DNA of 64,000 bases from Mobula hypostoma. Its lineage: Eukaryota. The stretch spans positions 157,666,001-157,730,000 of the forward strand of contig NC_086103.1 of NCBI RefSeq assembly GCF_963921235.1. Reading direction: 5' to 3'. The notes beneath the pieces are model-generated. The model worked only from the letters and a program-made list of their open reading frames with translations. It was not told the origin of the DNA and searched no databases. This document shows, piece after piece, positions 34,950 through 48,300 of the stretch. Both the position numbers and the translations under genes were made by a program. Within the stretch, counting starts at the first letter, position 1; every line of letters begins with the position of its first letter.

Positions 34950-35600
34950 ATGGTTTCAGGTTGATTATCTTCCATCATAAGGCGACACTGTATTATGCTG
35001 CTGCCATAAAACGCTCATTTTCGTGGCATTTATTCCCATGATGATAATGAACTTGTTTCTTCTGCACCTTCTGATTGGCCAGTCAGAGCGACAGGACTCA
35101 TGATTCCTGGTTGCAATGCATGTCGGAGGTTGTAGTTCTCCGTAGATCACCAATCTTGGTTTCCTTGCACCCATAGTCCCTGGGACCCATGTTGCTCGGT
35201 CTCCTTCTCCAGGGACGCCGGTGAAAGGCTTGATCTTTTGACCGGAGAGGTTGGGGTGTGGGAAACTCACGAAGGATAAGCGCTCCGATGGTTTTGATTG
35301 TCAGTAAGTACCTGTAAACTTCAGTAGGTGTTGGTTTAAAACCGAACTTCAGGTGTGCTGGTGCAAGGGAGGCTGTTGTTTGTTAGTCGTCATGGTAACC
35401 GCCCGGGATAGACGGTGCAAATCATTTTATGCCCGAGAAACCTGTCGGTCTGCAAACTGCAGGGCTGGAACTGTCACCGACAGCACAAGGCTCAGCAACT
35501 AATCCCGTTGTTTTGTAAACTGGAGCAGTTTGTTGGCGCGGTCGCAGTAATCCCGGGGGGAGCAACATTAAAAACGAATCTAAGACTGGGAAGTGTAGTC
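34950..35600 (+). promoter_or_regulatory. Putative NEK5 promoter and non-coding first exon
   Basis: Non-repetitive, locally CpG-enriched segment between the genes; reverse CCAAT (ATTGG 35074-35078); candidate donor GTAAGT at 35304; X-box at 35386. Confidence 0.6.
35386..35399 (+). promoter_or_regulatory. RFX X-box GTCGTCATGGTAAC
   Basis: Full match to GTNNYY-AT-RGNAAC inside the putative promoter. Confidence 0.65.
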
Positions 35601-35763
35601 TTCAGATTAGTCCCGATTTCGACATTTGTTTATCAGGATAATTGTTAGGAATAAATAGGTTTAACCTCAAACTCCAAAAAAATCTAATCTGAAACAGTTG
35701 CTCTGTGTTGCCTGCCTTCCTCTGTTTTTTACATCACCGAGACAATAAATCTTCAACGTCCAA

Positions 35764-36915
35764 CAATGTTCCCTTTAATTTGTTATTTTTTACAGCTGCA
35801 CGGACCAGCCATTGTTCTGAACAAGAAATTTTTACCTGACCTGAAATCTGCGCGGCTCTTTAAAGGATTTTTTAATTGTAATATTTGGATTAAATTTGAA
35901 AAATCACATACTTTTGATTTTATTGATTAATTGAAGGATATAATTAAATACAGTACAGCAAAGAAAATCTTTCACGTTTCGAAAACCTTTTTTCTCGACT
36001 CTTTTCATTATAAGTCCATTGTCTATAAACTCTATCCGGATTAATTATGTTTCCAGATGAAATCTACGCCTTAACCCCCATTAGACCATCGAAGTGTTTC
36101 ACTTCTAGTCTGTTTTTGGATTTACATTTGATTGATTCATACTTCAGACAGCACTAGAAGCTTGATATCCTACTGATATCACCAAGAATTGGCAGTTCTT
36201 CAAAGGCTTCATTTCTAAGCATGTAGTTCAGTGTAACAGTGAACATATTAACTTGCTCAGAAACGGGAAATTTGTAATTACTGTGTTTTTGAGGAAACGC
36301 TTTCGTAGTAGTTCGTAATAATAACTGAGTATTTTTTTGTCAGTCGTACAACATTCTCTTTTCCAAATTCATAATCGGTAGCGTTTGCAATAACAACAGG
36401 GTCAAAAGCTTGCCTTTCTCTTAACTCATCGTCAGGAAATCTGTTATCTAAGTGATTACACACACGGAATGAATCGAATAATAGGGGCGGTATCGACATC
36501 GGAAATTATAGATACAAGCAGATCTTTCACTTTTTCACTTCAATAAGGGGCGTCGCCAAGATACAGTGGCCGTAACTTGTTAATTTTTGGTTTTGCTTAC
36601 TGAAGAGCTTCAATTATATTCCAACAGCTTTTCTGAAAGAATTTACAAAGAGATGCCGTATTTAACATCGTTAAGGACAGTTAACTCTTCTCGATATTGT
36701 GCATTTGTTAAAATCTTCAGGCAGTAGTTGCAAATTGGATCGTTACATTCATTAACTCGCTCTTTGCAATACTGGATCAACACTTATATTATCAAAAAAT
36801 TATACTAACATTATATCAAAGTAAATTTCAGCTACGTGGGCTACAACAGCTATGTGCGCAGGAGCTAATCAGTTACTGCGCGGCCATGCACCCCCGCAGC
36901 TTAGAGAGAGCAGTG
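35764..36915 (-). mobile_element. Internally deleted hAT DNA transposon with transposase C-terminal remnant
   Basis: Imperfect TIRs caatgttccctttaa / ttagagagagcagtg; minus-strand HLDNRFP..AFDP and KSKNRLEVKHFDGLMGVK..VYRQW, resembling the hAT dimerisation region. Confidence 0.65.
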
Positions 36916-37204
36916 TGCCCAAACCGTGTATTTTGCTACCGAGACCTTGTATTTTGCTATTTGGAATTATCATCTGTTGCTGTTGATTATTCTCTCCTTA
37001 TTATGAACTGCTACCATAAACTTTTGTTATGATTTAGTAAAATAAATTATATTGGAAAACAAGGCCTAAAATGAGAGGATTGGCCATGGTCAGTTCTGCT
37101 TGTTTCAATGAAAAGACACTGTTATTCTAAGCTTTATATTTTAATAGTGTTAGTCCATAGTGCATTATCGAAATTGGAACTGCTTCATGGGTCAAACTGA
37201 AATA

Positions 37205-37721
37205 CACTCATTGGCCACTTTATTAGGTATGAGAGTGGAACACAGTCTGGTCTTCTGTTGCTCTAGCCCATCCACTTCAAGGTGTGTTGCTTCAGAGATG
37301 CTCTTTTGCACACCACTGTTGTAACCTGTGGTTATTTGACTTACTGTTGCCCATTTGCCAGCTTGAACCAGTCTGGCCATTCTCCTCTGACCTCTCTCAT
37401 TTACAAGGCATTTTAGCCCACAGAACTGGCTCTCAGCGGAATTTTTTTTTGTTTCTATACCATTCTCTGTAAACTCTGGAGACTGTTCCCAGGAAATCAG
37501 CAGTTTCTGAGATACTCAAACCACCTCATCTGACACCAACAATCATTCCATGCTGGAAGTCACATTTCTTCTCCATTCTGATGTTTGATCTGAACAAAAA
37601 CTGAACCTCTTGACCTTGTCTGCATGCTTTTATGTATTGAGTTGTTGCCGTATGATTGACAGATTAGGTATTTGCATTAACAAGCAGGGGTACAGGAGTA
37701 TCTAATAAAGTGGCCACTATG
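37205..37721 (-). mobile_element. Tc1/mariner deletion derivative
   Basis: TA then TIR cactcattggccactttattag / ctaataaagtggccact; ORF MARLVQAGKWATVSQITT.YNSGVQKSISE (Tc1 HTH region). Confidence 0.82.
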
Positions 37722-37877
37722 TAGAGTCTTAAAGGGTCACAGAACACTACAGCACTGAAACGGCCCACCTGCTCCATGCTGAACCATTAATATCCCTCGT
37801 ACCATCAACCCGTACCTGGTCCATAGCCCCCCATACCCTTCCCATCCATGTACCCATTTATTATTTATATTTTATCG

Positions 37878-40135
37878 AAAGGACAGGCAGGTAGGCAGAG
37901 GGGGTGGCATGGCTTTGCTGGTAAAAATGAAACCAAACACTTAGAAAGAGGTGACATAGAAATCATTGTGAGTAGAATTAAAGAACTTCAAGCATAAAAA
38001 GCCCCTGATGGGAGTTATATACAGGTCTCCAAACAGTAGTCAGGATGTGGGCTACAAATTACAATGGGAACTAGAAAATGCATGTCAAAAGGGCAATGTT
38101 ACAATAGTCATGGGGGACTTCAATATGAAGGTAGATTGGGAAAATCAGGTTGGTGCTGGACCCCAAGAAGGGGAATTTGTAAATGCCTATGAGATGGCAA
38201 TTTGAAAGGCGCAGGATAGAGATGGGGTTTAATAGAGCAAGATTAGTGAGAAGTTAGAGGATTGGGAAGCTTTTAACAGAAGCCATGAGGGAAAAGATGA
38301 AATATGAAGGTACTATAGCCAATAATATCAAAGAGGATACCAAATTTTTTTCCCAGATAAATAAAGAGTAAAAGAGAGGTAAGAGTAGATATCAGACCAC
38401 TAGACAATCACATTGGAGAGGTAGTAATCGGGGACAAGGAAATGGCGAACGTACCAAATAAATATTTTGCATGTCTTCACTGTGGAAGATACTAGCCGTA
38501 TGCCAGAAGTTCAGGAGTGTCAGGGGGCAGAAATGAGTGCCGTTGCTATTACTATGGAGAAGGTGCTTGGGAAGCTGAAAGGTCTGAAGGTAGGTAATCA
38601 CCTGGACCAGATGGATCACACCCCAGTGTTCTGAAAGAGCTTGCTGAAGAGATTGTGGGGGCATTAGTAATGATCTTTCAAGAATGACTAGATTCTGGAA
38701 TGATTCCAGAGGACCAGAAAATTGTAAATGTTACACCACTCTTCAAGAAGGGAGAGAGGCAGAAGATAGGAAATTATAGGCCAGTTGGCTTGACCTCAGT
38801 GATTGGGAAGATGTTGGAGTCAATTACAGTATTAAGGAAGAGGTTTCGGGGTATTTGGAGGTACATAGTAAAATAGGCTAATGTCGGCATGGTTTCCTTA
38901 AGGGAAAAATTTGTGTGACAGATCTGTTTGAACTCTTTGAGGAAATACCAAGCAGAATAGGCAAAGGAGAATAGCTGGATGTTGTGTACTTTCTGAAGGC
39001 TGCTGACAAGGTGCCACACATGAGCCTGCTTAGCAAGATAGGATCCCGTGGTACTACAGGAAAGATACTAGCATGGATAGAGCAGTGGCTGATTGGCAGA
39101 AGGCAAAGAGTCGGAATAAAGGGAGCTTTTTCTGATTGGCTGCTTATGCACAGTGGTGTTCCACAGGTGTCAGTGTTGGGACCGCTTCTTTTTCCATTGC
39201 ATGTCAATGATTTGCATGATGGAATTGATGTCTTTGTGGTCAAGTGTGCAGATGATACGAAGATAGGTGGTGGAGCAGGTGGTGTTGAGGAAACAGGGAG
39301 GCTGCAGAAGGACTTGGACAAATTAGTAGAATGGGCAAAGAAGTGCCAGATAACTATAGCGTCAGGAAGTATATAGTCATGCATTTGGTAGGAGGAATAA
39401 AAGTGTAGACTATTTTCTAAATGGAGAATAAATTGAAAAATCTGAGATGCAAAGGGACTTGGGATTCCTTATGCAGGAGTCCGTAAAGGTTAGCTTGCGG
39501 ATAGAATTGGTGGTAAAGAAGCAAATGCAATGTTAGCATCTATTTCAAGAGGACTAGAATATAAAAATGACAATGTAATGCTGAAGCTTTGTAAGGCACT
39601 TGGAGTATTGTGAGCAGTTTTGGGCCCCTTATCTAGGAAAGAATGTGCTGGCATTGGAGAGGGTACAAAAGAGGTTCATAAAAATGATTCTGGGAGTGAA
39701 AGTCTTGTCATATTAGAAGTGTTTGATGGCCCTGTGCTGTACTCACTGGAATTTAGAAAAATGAGGAGGTGTCTCATTGAGACCTAATGGTTGTTGAAAG
39801 GCCCAGATAGAGTGGATGTGGGGGAGGGTAGGAGCAGAGAGGACAACCTCAGAATATAGGGATGTCCATTTAGAAAGGAGATGAGAGGGAGTTTCTTTAG
39901 CCTTAAGGTGGTGGATCTGTGGAATTTGTTGCCACAGGTGGCTGTGGAGATCAGGTTATCGTGTATATTTACGGTGGAGGTTGGTTGATTCTTGATTAGT
40001 CAAGGCATGAAGGGATATGGGGAGAAGGCAGGAGATTGGGGCTGAGAGGGAAATGGATCAGCCATTATCAAAAGGTGGAGCAGGCTTGATGGGACAAATG
40101 ACCTAATTCTGCACTTACGTCATATGCTCTTATGG
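37878..40135 (+). mobile_element. Decayed CR1 LINE ORF2 (APE and RT) with 3' UTR
   Basis: GVIYRSPN..IVMGDFN; DKVPH..WIEQWL..RRQRVGI..GVPQ.SVLGPLLF..ADDTKIG. Confidence 0.88.
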
Positions 40136-40944
40136 TTTACCTAATAAAATAGCTACTGAGTGAATAAAGACATGGCCTTTAATAAATCCAGCCACATTAT
40201 AATGTTGTTAATTAAATTATGACAAATCAGTTTTTATTGTGTATCAATTGCTCTCACAGCTGATTGGAACATTGGGTTTTATTATTTCCTTACCAATTAA
40301 TGATGGTTCATTCCCAGGACAAAATATAAAGGTGACTTGTAAAATCTTGTACATGACTTTACCAGGGGTTTTCAGTCTGAAGTCTGAACCTGTGGGAATT
40401 AGTTCTGTTCATGGATAAATGTACCAGGTTCCCAATGTTAAGAAGAGATCAGATGGATTTGTTCAAAATTAGGGTTGATTTGAAGAAGAAAAATATGGAA
40501 AGTTATTTTCACTCTTAGCTGAAGCTGGAGATTGGTTCCAAAGGGAAAAGAATATTAGGGGTTCCTTGATGTTAGTCTGGAACTGAGCATCATTTTCACT
40601 CATTTTTATTTGCTCAAACCTGAAGAAATAAGAGACTATACTGTCTATAAAGACAATCATTCCTCAATAGAAGATGTAAGTCTGAAATAATGACATTGCT
40701 ATGATTAGCCATATGAAGACCTTAAGGTGACATCAAATCCATCAAACTTAAAGTAATTATTATTCCCGCAGCTATTGGTTATACTCCACATTTTCTTGAT
40801 AGTAACACATAAAATGCTGGAGGAACTCAGCAGGTCAGGCAATATCAATTAAGGGAAATGAAAAGTCAATTCTGGGAAGGGAGTTTCGGATAGGTCTTAC
40901 AGAACGGATGCACAATGATTTGATTTTCAACTGCTCTGCACATG

Positions 40945-41430
40945 ACTGCAAAAAAGTGCACCTAACCTGGGTTTGGTTGTACAAGTCGTCGGTTAGGTCG
41001 TATTTGGAATATTGTGTTCACCCTGCTTAACAACGATACCATTAAGCTTGAAAGTCTGCTTAGGAGATTTACAAGGATATTGCCAGGATTCAAGGGACTG
41101 AGTTATGGAGAGAGGCTGAGTAAGTTGGAACTTTTCTCTTTGGAGCGTAGGAGATTGAGGAGTGATCTTTTTCCTGGAGTTGGGGAGTCACAAACTAGTG
41201 TGCATCGGTTTAAAATGGGGGGGGGGGGGAAGATTTAATAGGAATCTGAGGTGAAATCTTTTCATCCTGTGAGTATATGGAATGAGCTGCCAGAGGAAGT
41301 GTTTGAGGCAGATAAATTATCAACATTTAAAAGGTTCTTGGGCAGGTACACAGATAAGAAAAGTTTATAAAGCTATGGGCCAAACACAGGCAAATAGGAC
41401 TCGTTTAAATGAGAATCTAGGCCAGCAAGA
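40945..41430 (+). mobile_element. CR1 3' fragment
   Basis: RRFTRILPG..LSYGERL..LFSLERRRLRSDL. Confidence 0.75.
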
Positions 41431-41459
41431 ATCTGCTGGGTCAGAGGTCCAAGCTTTGT

Positions 41460-42130
41460 GAATCTATGGTCTCACCAATGTAGAAGAGGCAATAGAATGT
41501 AGTAGACAAGTTGGAGGAAGAATCCATGCATCACTGCATCACCTGGAAGGGCTGTTTAGGTCCCTATGTGGTGGTTAGGAAGGAGCTGTCAAAACAAATA
41601 TTGCACCTCCTGTGGGGTAGGGGGAAGCGCCTGGGCTCATGGGGTGGTGGGTAGAGATGGGTGAGCAGATCAGCAGTCACAGAGGGAGTGGTTCCTGTAG
41701 AAGAAGAAAGGAAGGATATTGGTGTGGAGGAGATGTGGTTAGTGTGAGGGTGCCAGTTGCTCTGAGACCCACTCCTACCCATATCTTCTGTTCCTACTCC
41801 TTTCTTCTTTCTGCAGGGACTGCCACCTCTGTGACTTCCTGTTCTGCTCATTATTACCCCCTGCGCCCCCCTCCCCAGCAACCTTCCTTTCTGATTCACT
41901 TCCAGTCCTCCTTCCGCCCTCCTCAGTCCATCAGTCCCTGCTGGTCCCTGTTTCACTTCTTCTTTATACTGGCTATCTTCCCTCTCCATTTTCAGTCCTG
42001 AGGCAGGGTTTTGACGTGAAACAGGTACAAGTCCTTTCCCACCATCGATGATGCTCAACCTGTTTGGTTCCTCCAACAAACCTTTTGGTGTTGCTTCAGA
42101 TTCCAGTATCTACTGTATCTACTGTCTGCA
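41460..42130. mobile_element. Old Penelope-like fragment in inverted arrangement
   Basis: Minus part resembles 2745-2990; plus part ends in a decayed hammerhead (cagtcctgaggcagggttttgacgtgaaac) and the family terminus. Confidence 0.55.
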
Positions 42131-42203
42131 TAAAAATGATCTTCAAATTTGCAATTAAAAGATGTATTTTTTGTTTTAGGTTTCTTACAGATTATCTACC
42201 ACA

Positions 42204-42320
42204 ATGGATAAGTATGATGTTATCAGGCAGATTGGTGAAGGAGCATTTGGAAAAGCTTTCTTGGTTAAAGCCAAAGGTGACAGCACACGGGTTGTGATAA
42301 AACAGATTAAAATGGCAAAG
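42204..42320 (+). CDS. NEK5: NEK5 coding exon 1 ([39 protein letters not shown])
   Basis: Kozak context acaATGG; G-loop and catalytic Lys; |gtgagg. Confidence 0.93.
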
Positions 42321-45300
42321 GTGAGGGTGACATCCAAAATAAATCTACTCTAGACTGAAAATATGTTTAAATGTAAGATATTTAATGAACGAAACCAGTT
42401 GTTTCCTGCCAATAAGACAAAAATTGTACAGATTATATGTGGTTTGCATTTGTAATAACTACCTAACTGGTGAAACGTATTAAAGTGGTTATGATCTTTT
42501 TAACAATCTCTCTGGTCTTCACTCTGCTTCCTGGTCTTCTCCCCATTCTTTCTGACTACCTTCTAGTCTTTGCCTAATCTTATATTTTCATAGAAACGTA
42601 GAAACATAGAAAACCTACAGCACAATACAGGCCCAAAGCTGTGCCGAACATATCCTTACCTTAGAAATTACCTAGGTTTACCCATAGCCCTCTATTTTTC
42701 TGAGCTCCATGTACCTGTCCAGGAGTCTCTTAAAATACCCTATTGTATCCGCCTCCACCACCGTTGCCGGCAGCCCATTCCACGCACTCACCACCCTCTG
42801 CATAAAAAAACTTACCCCTGATATTTCCTCTCTACTTCCAAGCACCTTAAAACCGTGCCCTCTTGTGCTAGCCATTCCAGCCCTGGGAAGAAGCCTTCTT
42901 AACCACAGAGTCAACCTGCGCAGCAGCCTTGAGTGTCCTGTGGACTCGGACCACAAGATCCCTCCGATCCTCCACACTGACGAGGTCTTACCTTTAATAC
43001 TATATTATATTCCGTCATCATATTTGACCTACCAGGACTATAAAAATATGTCCTGAAGAGTTTCCGGCATCTTCAGTGGGAGGTTAATGACCTGAAAAAT
43101 TAACTCCTTTCCTCTATCCATGAGCTGAGTTGCTGAGTACTTCCACGATTTTCTGTTTTTATAACTTAAAAATATTTTATCTTTTTACTCTCAGATGTGC
43201 CAGAAAGAAAGAGAAGCTTCTTTTAAAGAAGTGATGCTTATGGAAAAAATGAAGCATCCTAACATTGTTACATTTCTGGATTCATTTGAAGGTCTCTATT
43301 TTTCTTTCTTTTCAGATAACTGCAGTATATTTTCAGTTAACTGGTGATTTAAAGTACTGATTTCTATCATATGGGTAAAGACAACGAACCATTTGTGATA
43401 CATTGCCCCATTGCTTCTATTTCACAGGAAGTGTCCTGCTCGGCTAAAATATTTTGACTGAATTGATGTTTGACACTAACCCTCCTTCTCCTCCTTCCTT
43501 TGCAAAACAATATGTTAGGATAAAGAGCTGACCCCAGTCCTTTAAGTACGAAAAAGGATTGCATTAAAACTGCAAGTCTATATTTTGTGTTTATATACTT
43601 GAACATATATTCTGTGTTTAGAGTCCATTGTTATAGGTGCTGTGCTTCAGAAGCTGGAGAGACCCTCACACATTTGTATTTTATATGAACAATAAAGTAA
43701 CTTCCTATGTGGGCCAGGTGTGATTGTTGTCTTGATCAATCCAAGGAATGTTTAGGTCTCCCATGGTCTAGATTTCTATAAATGGCATCCAGAACCCCAT
43801 TCCAGAACCTATAGAAAGCCCTCTGGGCTTCCCATCATTTGGATTCCAGTCTGTACTTCCTACCAAAATATATTGATGCCGTGGCGTTAGCAGAAGTCTG
43901 AACAGTTGAGTTTTTGACTTATCCTGGCTCCTACTTGTTTAAGCACAGCCTAAAATTAAAGTTAATTCCCACAATCTGTTGTTTGTTAGTTGAATACTTT
44001 TTCTTCTTGACTGCTTTCTTGAATTTCATTTAAAGCCATATGGATGATGTTAGTTAAATAAATCTCCTTTTAAAAGCCATGGACATGATTTATAAAAGGA
44101 ATCATTTGTATCTCATTTGCAGAGAGACAAAATCTATACATAGTAATGGAGTACTGTGATGGTGGTGACCTGATGCACAGAGTCAATATGCAACAAGGTG
44201 TTTGGTTTGAAGAGGACCAGGTAGGGACCAAATATGCTCTTGATTTGGTGGATAGACATGAGGCGTGCTGTATGCTGTAGGATGTGGAGCAGGGGAAGAA
44301 ATCCTGGATTCACTAGACTTAAACAGAACAATAGAATAGTACAGCACGGGAACAGGTTCTTCAGCTCACTATGTCTGTGCTGAACACAATGCCAAATTAA
44401 ACTAATCCCTTCTCCATGCACATTCAAGATTCAAGATTCAAAGTACATTTATTATCAAAGTATGAATGCAATATACAACCCTGAGCTTTGTCTTCCCACA
44501 GACAGCCACGAAACAAAGAAACACCATGGAACTCATCAAACACCCAACGTGCAAAAGAAGAGCAAACAAGGCAAATGGCAAAAATGAGCAAAAAACACAA
44601 TATAAAACATCAAACCACAAAGTAATCGAAACAGTCTAGAAATGTTCAGTTTAGTTCAGTCCAGTTCAATTCAGTAGCTTGTTGTTCGTTAACTGCCGGC
44701 CGCAGAGCCAGTCTGCCCTGATCAAAATCGCACAAAATGGCGATGAAAACAGGAGTAATCATAAATCTGAAACACATCGTAACATGAACCATAGAGTCCA
44801 ATTCACAAACCGCATTTATTAAACCTTGCCCAAGACCCAAGATTCCAGCGCCATCCTCCTGCAGTGTCTAGCAAGAGGGAGAGAGAGACCGGTCAACCAC
44901 AGGCACTTTCACTCAGAAGCAGCGAGCAAGAGGGAGAGAGGGACTGGCCAAATGCAGGCAGATGACACTAAATACTCATTTTCCTTCCACTCTCATCCCC
45001 GTTGATTTCAATCTTGCTTGGTACTTTAATCATCGAGAAATGAAGTCGATCAAGGGGTTGCGCCTTGTCTCCTAACTTCTTGCCCTCAGGCCAAGCACTC
45101 TGCTCAGAAGTCCCTCACAGACAGCAGAGTGCCAGGTTGCTCAATCAGCCTGAAAACACCATCAACATGTAAATCACTGGTTCCAATAGGAGCAGTATCA
45201 TAATTGAAAAAAGAAGAAGTAAAAGAAATAGCTTAACTCTCCATTCCCTCCATATTCATGTGTCTATCTAAAAGTAAACACATCCATTCTCAAACAAGAG

Positions 45301-48300
45301 AGAACCGCAGATGCTGGAAGTCTGAGCAACACACACACACAATCTCCTTTTAAGGTTTCCCTTCTCATCATAAGTGCACGTCATATAATATTTCTACTTT
45401 GTCGAGAGGCCTTGACGAAGGATGGTGAGGTCCCAAATGCTGAAGTACCTGAGGCAAGGATCAAGACAAGTTGTGAAAATGGAACGAGAACGGAGCGTAG
45501 AACAATATGCTGGACAATATCTTTAGTTGAGCTTATGATTGAGCATTGAACCTCATTTCAGATACTTCATAAATACTGAAGTTGGTGCCAACACATGATT
45601 GCCATTTAACGGGATGGTCCTGAGTCCGTAAAGGTGCTGCGCCAGTTACTCTGGGGCGTTTGAGCTTCTAGACCCCAGAAGCTGGCATGGTTGGGTGCTT
45701 GTCATACCAGGACACTCTTCCCCACAGCCAACTCCAGATGGCCCTGGCTGTCCAGAGAGATGCTGATGATAGTCATGGATGAGAACCGGATCCAAGATTG
45801 TCCTTTACAGGCATCCAGCACCTTTCCTCAGGTCCGAATACCTCCCAGTCCAGAAGGTGTTGCTGAGTATCCCAAACAGTTCATGAGTCCAAATTTCTGC
45901 TCACCATGAAGACCACATTCCCCATTGATAAACCTGGTGGTGGTGGTGGGGCCAAGGGACTGGTGCTGATAGGTTTTGATTTAGAGATGTGGAAAGTGGG
46001 ATTGAGCTTCAGGGTACTAGGGAGCTGCAAGATGTAAGCCGCTGGGTTTACTTTCTTGAGGACCTTGAAGGGCCCAATGAACTTGGGCACCAACTTTCTA
46101 GACTCCACCCAGATAGAGAAATCCTGAGTGGAACGTCAGACCTGTTGTCCAAGTTGTGAGGCAAGTTCCTGTCTTCTCCTTCAATTAGCCTTGGTCTCCG
46201 ACCTCCGGGTAGAGTCCAAAAGCTGCCTTACCTTAATCGATTTCTGCTTGCAGTGTTGGACAAGATCTTCGGCTGCAGAAACCCCAACCGCGGCCTGTTG
46301 CTCAGGGAAGAGTGACAGAGAATACCGTGTGCTGAATGCTGTAAAGTGTGGTGGGTGACTTCGGCCCACGTCAAATGACTGCACCTTTCCACAGGTCTTC
46401 CTGAGGCCAGGCATCTTAGGGTTTGTTTCAAATCTTGGTTGACTCTCTCTGTCTGGCCATTGGACTATGGGTGAAACCCACGAGAGACATGCTGGTGCAC
46501 CAATCAGTTTACAGACACCCTCCAGAAACGGGATATGAATTGTGGACCATGATCCATGACAATGTCTACTGGAATACCATGGATTCTGAAAACCTGGTCC
46601 AGGACAATTTTGGCCATCTCCACTGCAGATGATGGCATTGTCCAAGGCAATTCTTTGACTCTGGTTGATACGTCAAGACAAAATTTAAACGGTTAAAGAA
46701 AAGAGGCCACCTGGGCTACCTGGAATTCAGATGCTTGGCCTCCTGAATATAAGCCGGGTTCTTGAGGTCTGTCCAAACAATAAACAAGCTCATGGCCTCC
46801 TCAAGCCTAAGATGCCATTCCTCTAATGCCAACTTAACTGCTAGAGGCTCCTGATTCCCAATGTCATAGTTTCTTTCTGCTGGACATAGCTGCCTGGAGT
46901 AGAATGCACGCAGGTTCAGTTAACTGTCTGAAGGTGACCATTGAGACAACATTGGACCCACTCTGATGTCCAAAGCATCCACCTCCACAATGAAGGGAAG
47001 GTCCAGTTAGGTGAAACCAAGTTGGGAGCCTATGTGAACCATTGTTTGAGCTCTGCAAAAGCAGCCTCTGCTTCAGTAGTCCAGATAAAGGGGCCCGTGG
47101 ATTTCTTAGAGCCCTCAGTGGAGCTACCATGGAGTTGAAGTTCCTGATGAGCTTCCAGTAAAAGTTAACAAACCTCAGGAATCGTTGGACTCGTATGACA
47201 TTGGATGGTTGTGATCAATCTCTGACTGCTTGGGTTTTGGTAGGGTCCATCTTGAGATTGCATGGGAGATGATGAAACCCAAAAATGAAATGGTCGTCAT
47301 ATGAAATTCGGACTTCTCTAGCTTGACATAAAGTCCATGGTCTAAAAGTCTCTTTAAAATATCCCTGATGTAAGTGACATGCTCCTCCATGGACTTTGAG
47401 AAGATTAGGATATCATCAAAGTAGACGATGGTGTACTTATGTAGAGTATCCCGGAGCATGTTGTTTATAAAGGCCTGAATCTGCTGGAGGTTTGCAAGGC
47501 TGAATGGAATAACCAGGTACTCATGGAGTCCTGTTGATGTATTGAATGCATTCTTCCACTCATCACCTTCCTTTATATGGACCAGATTGTATGCACTCCG
47601 CAGGTCTAACTTGGTAAATACAAACAACAGGAATTCTGCAGATGCTGGAAATTCAAGCAACATACATCAAAGATGCTGGTGAACGCAGCAGGCCAAGCAG
47701 CATCTATAGGAAGAGGCGCAGTCGACGTTTCAGGCCGAGACCCTTCGTCAGGACTAACTGAAGGAAGAGTGAGTAAGGGATTTGAAAGCTGGAGGGGGAG
47801 GGATATGATAGGAGAAGACAGGAGGGGGAGGGATAGAGCCGAGAGCTGGACAGGTGATAGGCAAAAGGGGATACGAGAGGACCATGGGACAGGAGGTCCG
47901 GGAAGAAAGACAAGGGGGGGGGTAACCCAGAGGATGGGCAAGAGGTATATTCAGAGGGACAGAGGGAGAAAAAGGAGAGTGAGAGAAAGAATGTGTGCAT
48001 AAAAATAACAACACCTTATATTCCATCTGGGTAGCCTCCAACCTGATGGCATGAACATCGACTTCTCTAACTTCCGCTAGGCCCCACCTCCCCCTCGTAC
48101 CCCATCTGTTACTCATTTTTATGCACACATTCTTTCTCTCACTCTCCTTTTTCTCCCTCTGTCCCTCTGAATATACCTCTTGCCCATCCTCTGGGTCTCC
48201 CCCCCCCGCCGCCCTTGTCTTTCTTCCCGGACCTCCTGTCCCATTATCCTCTCGTATCCCTTTTGCCAATCACCTGTCCAGCTCTCGGCTCTATCCCTAC

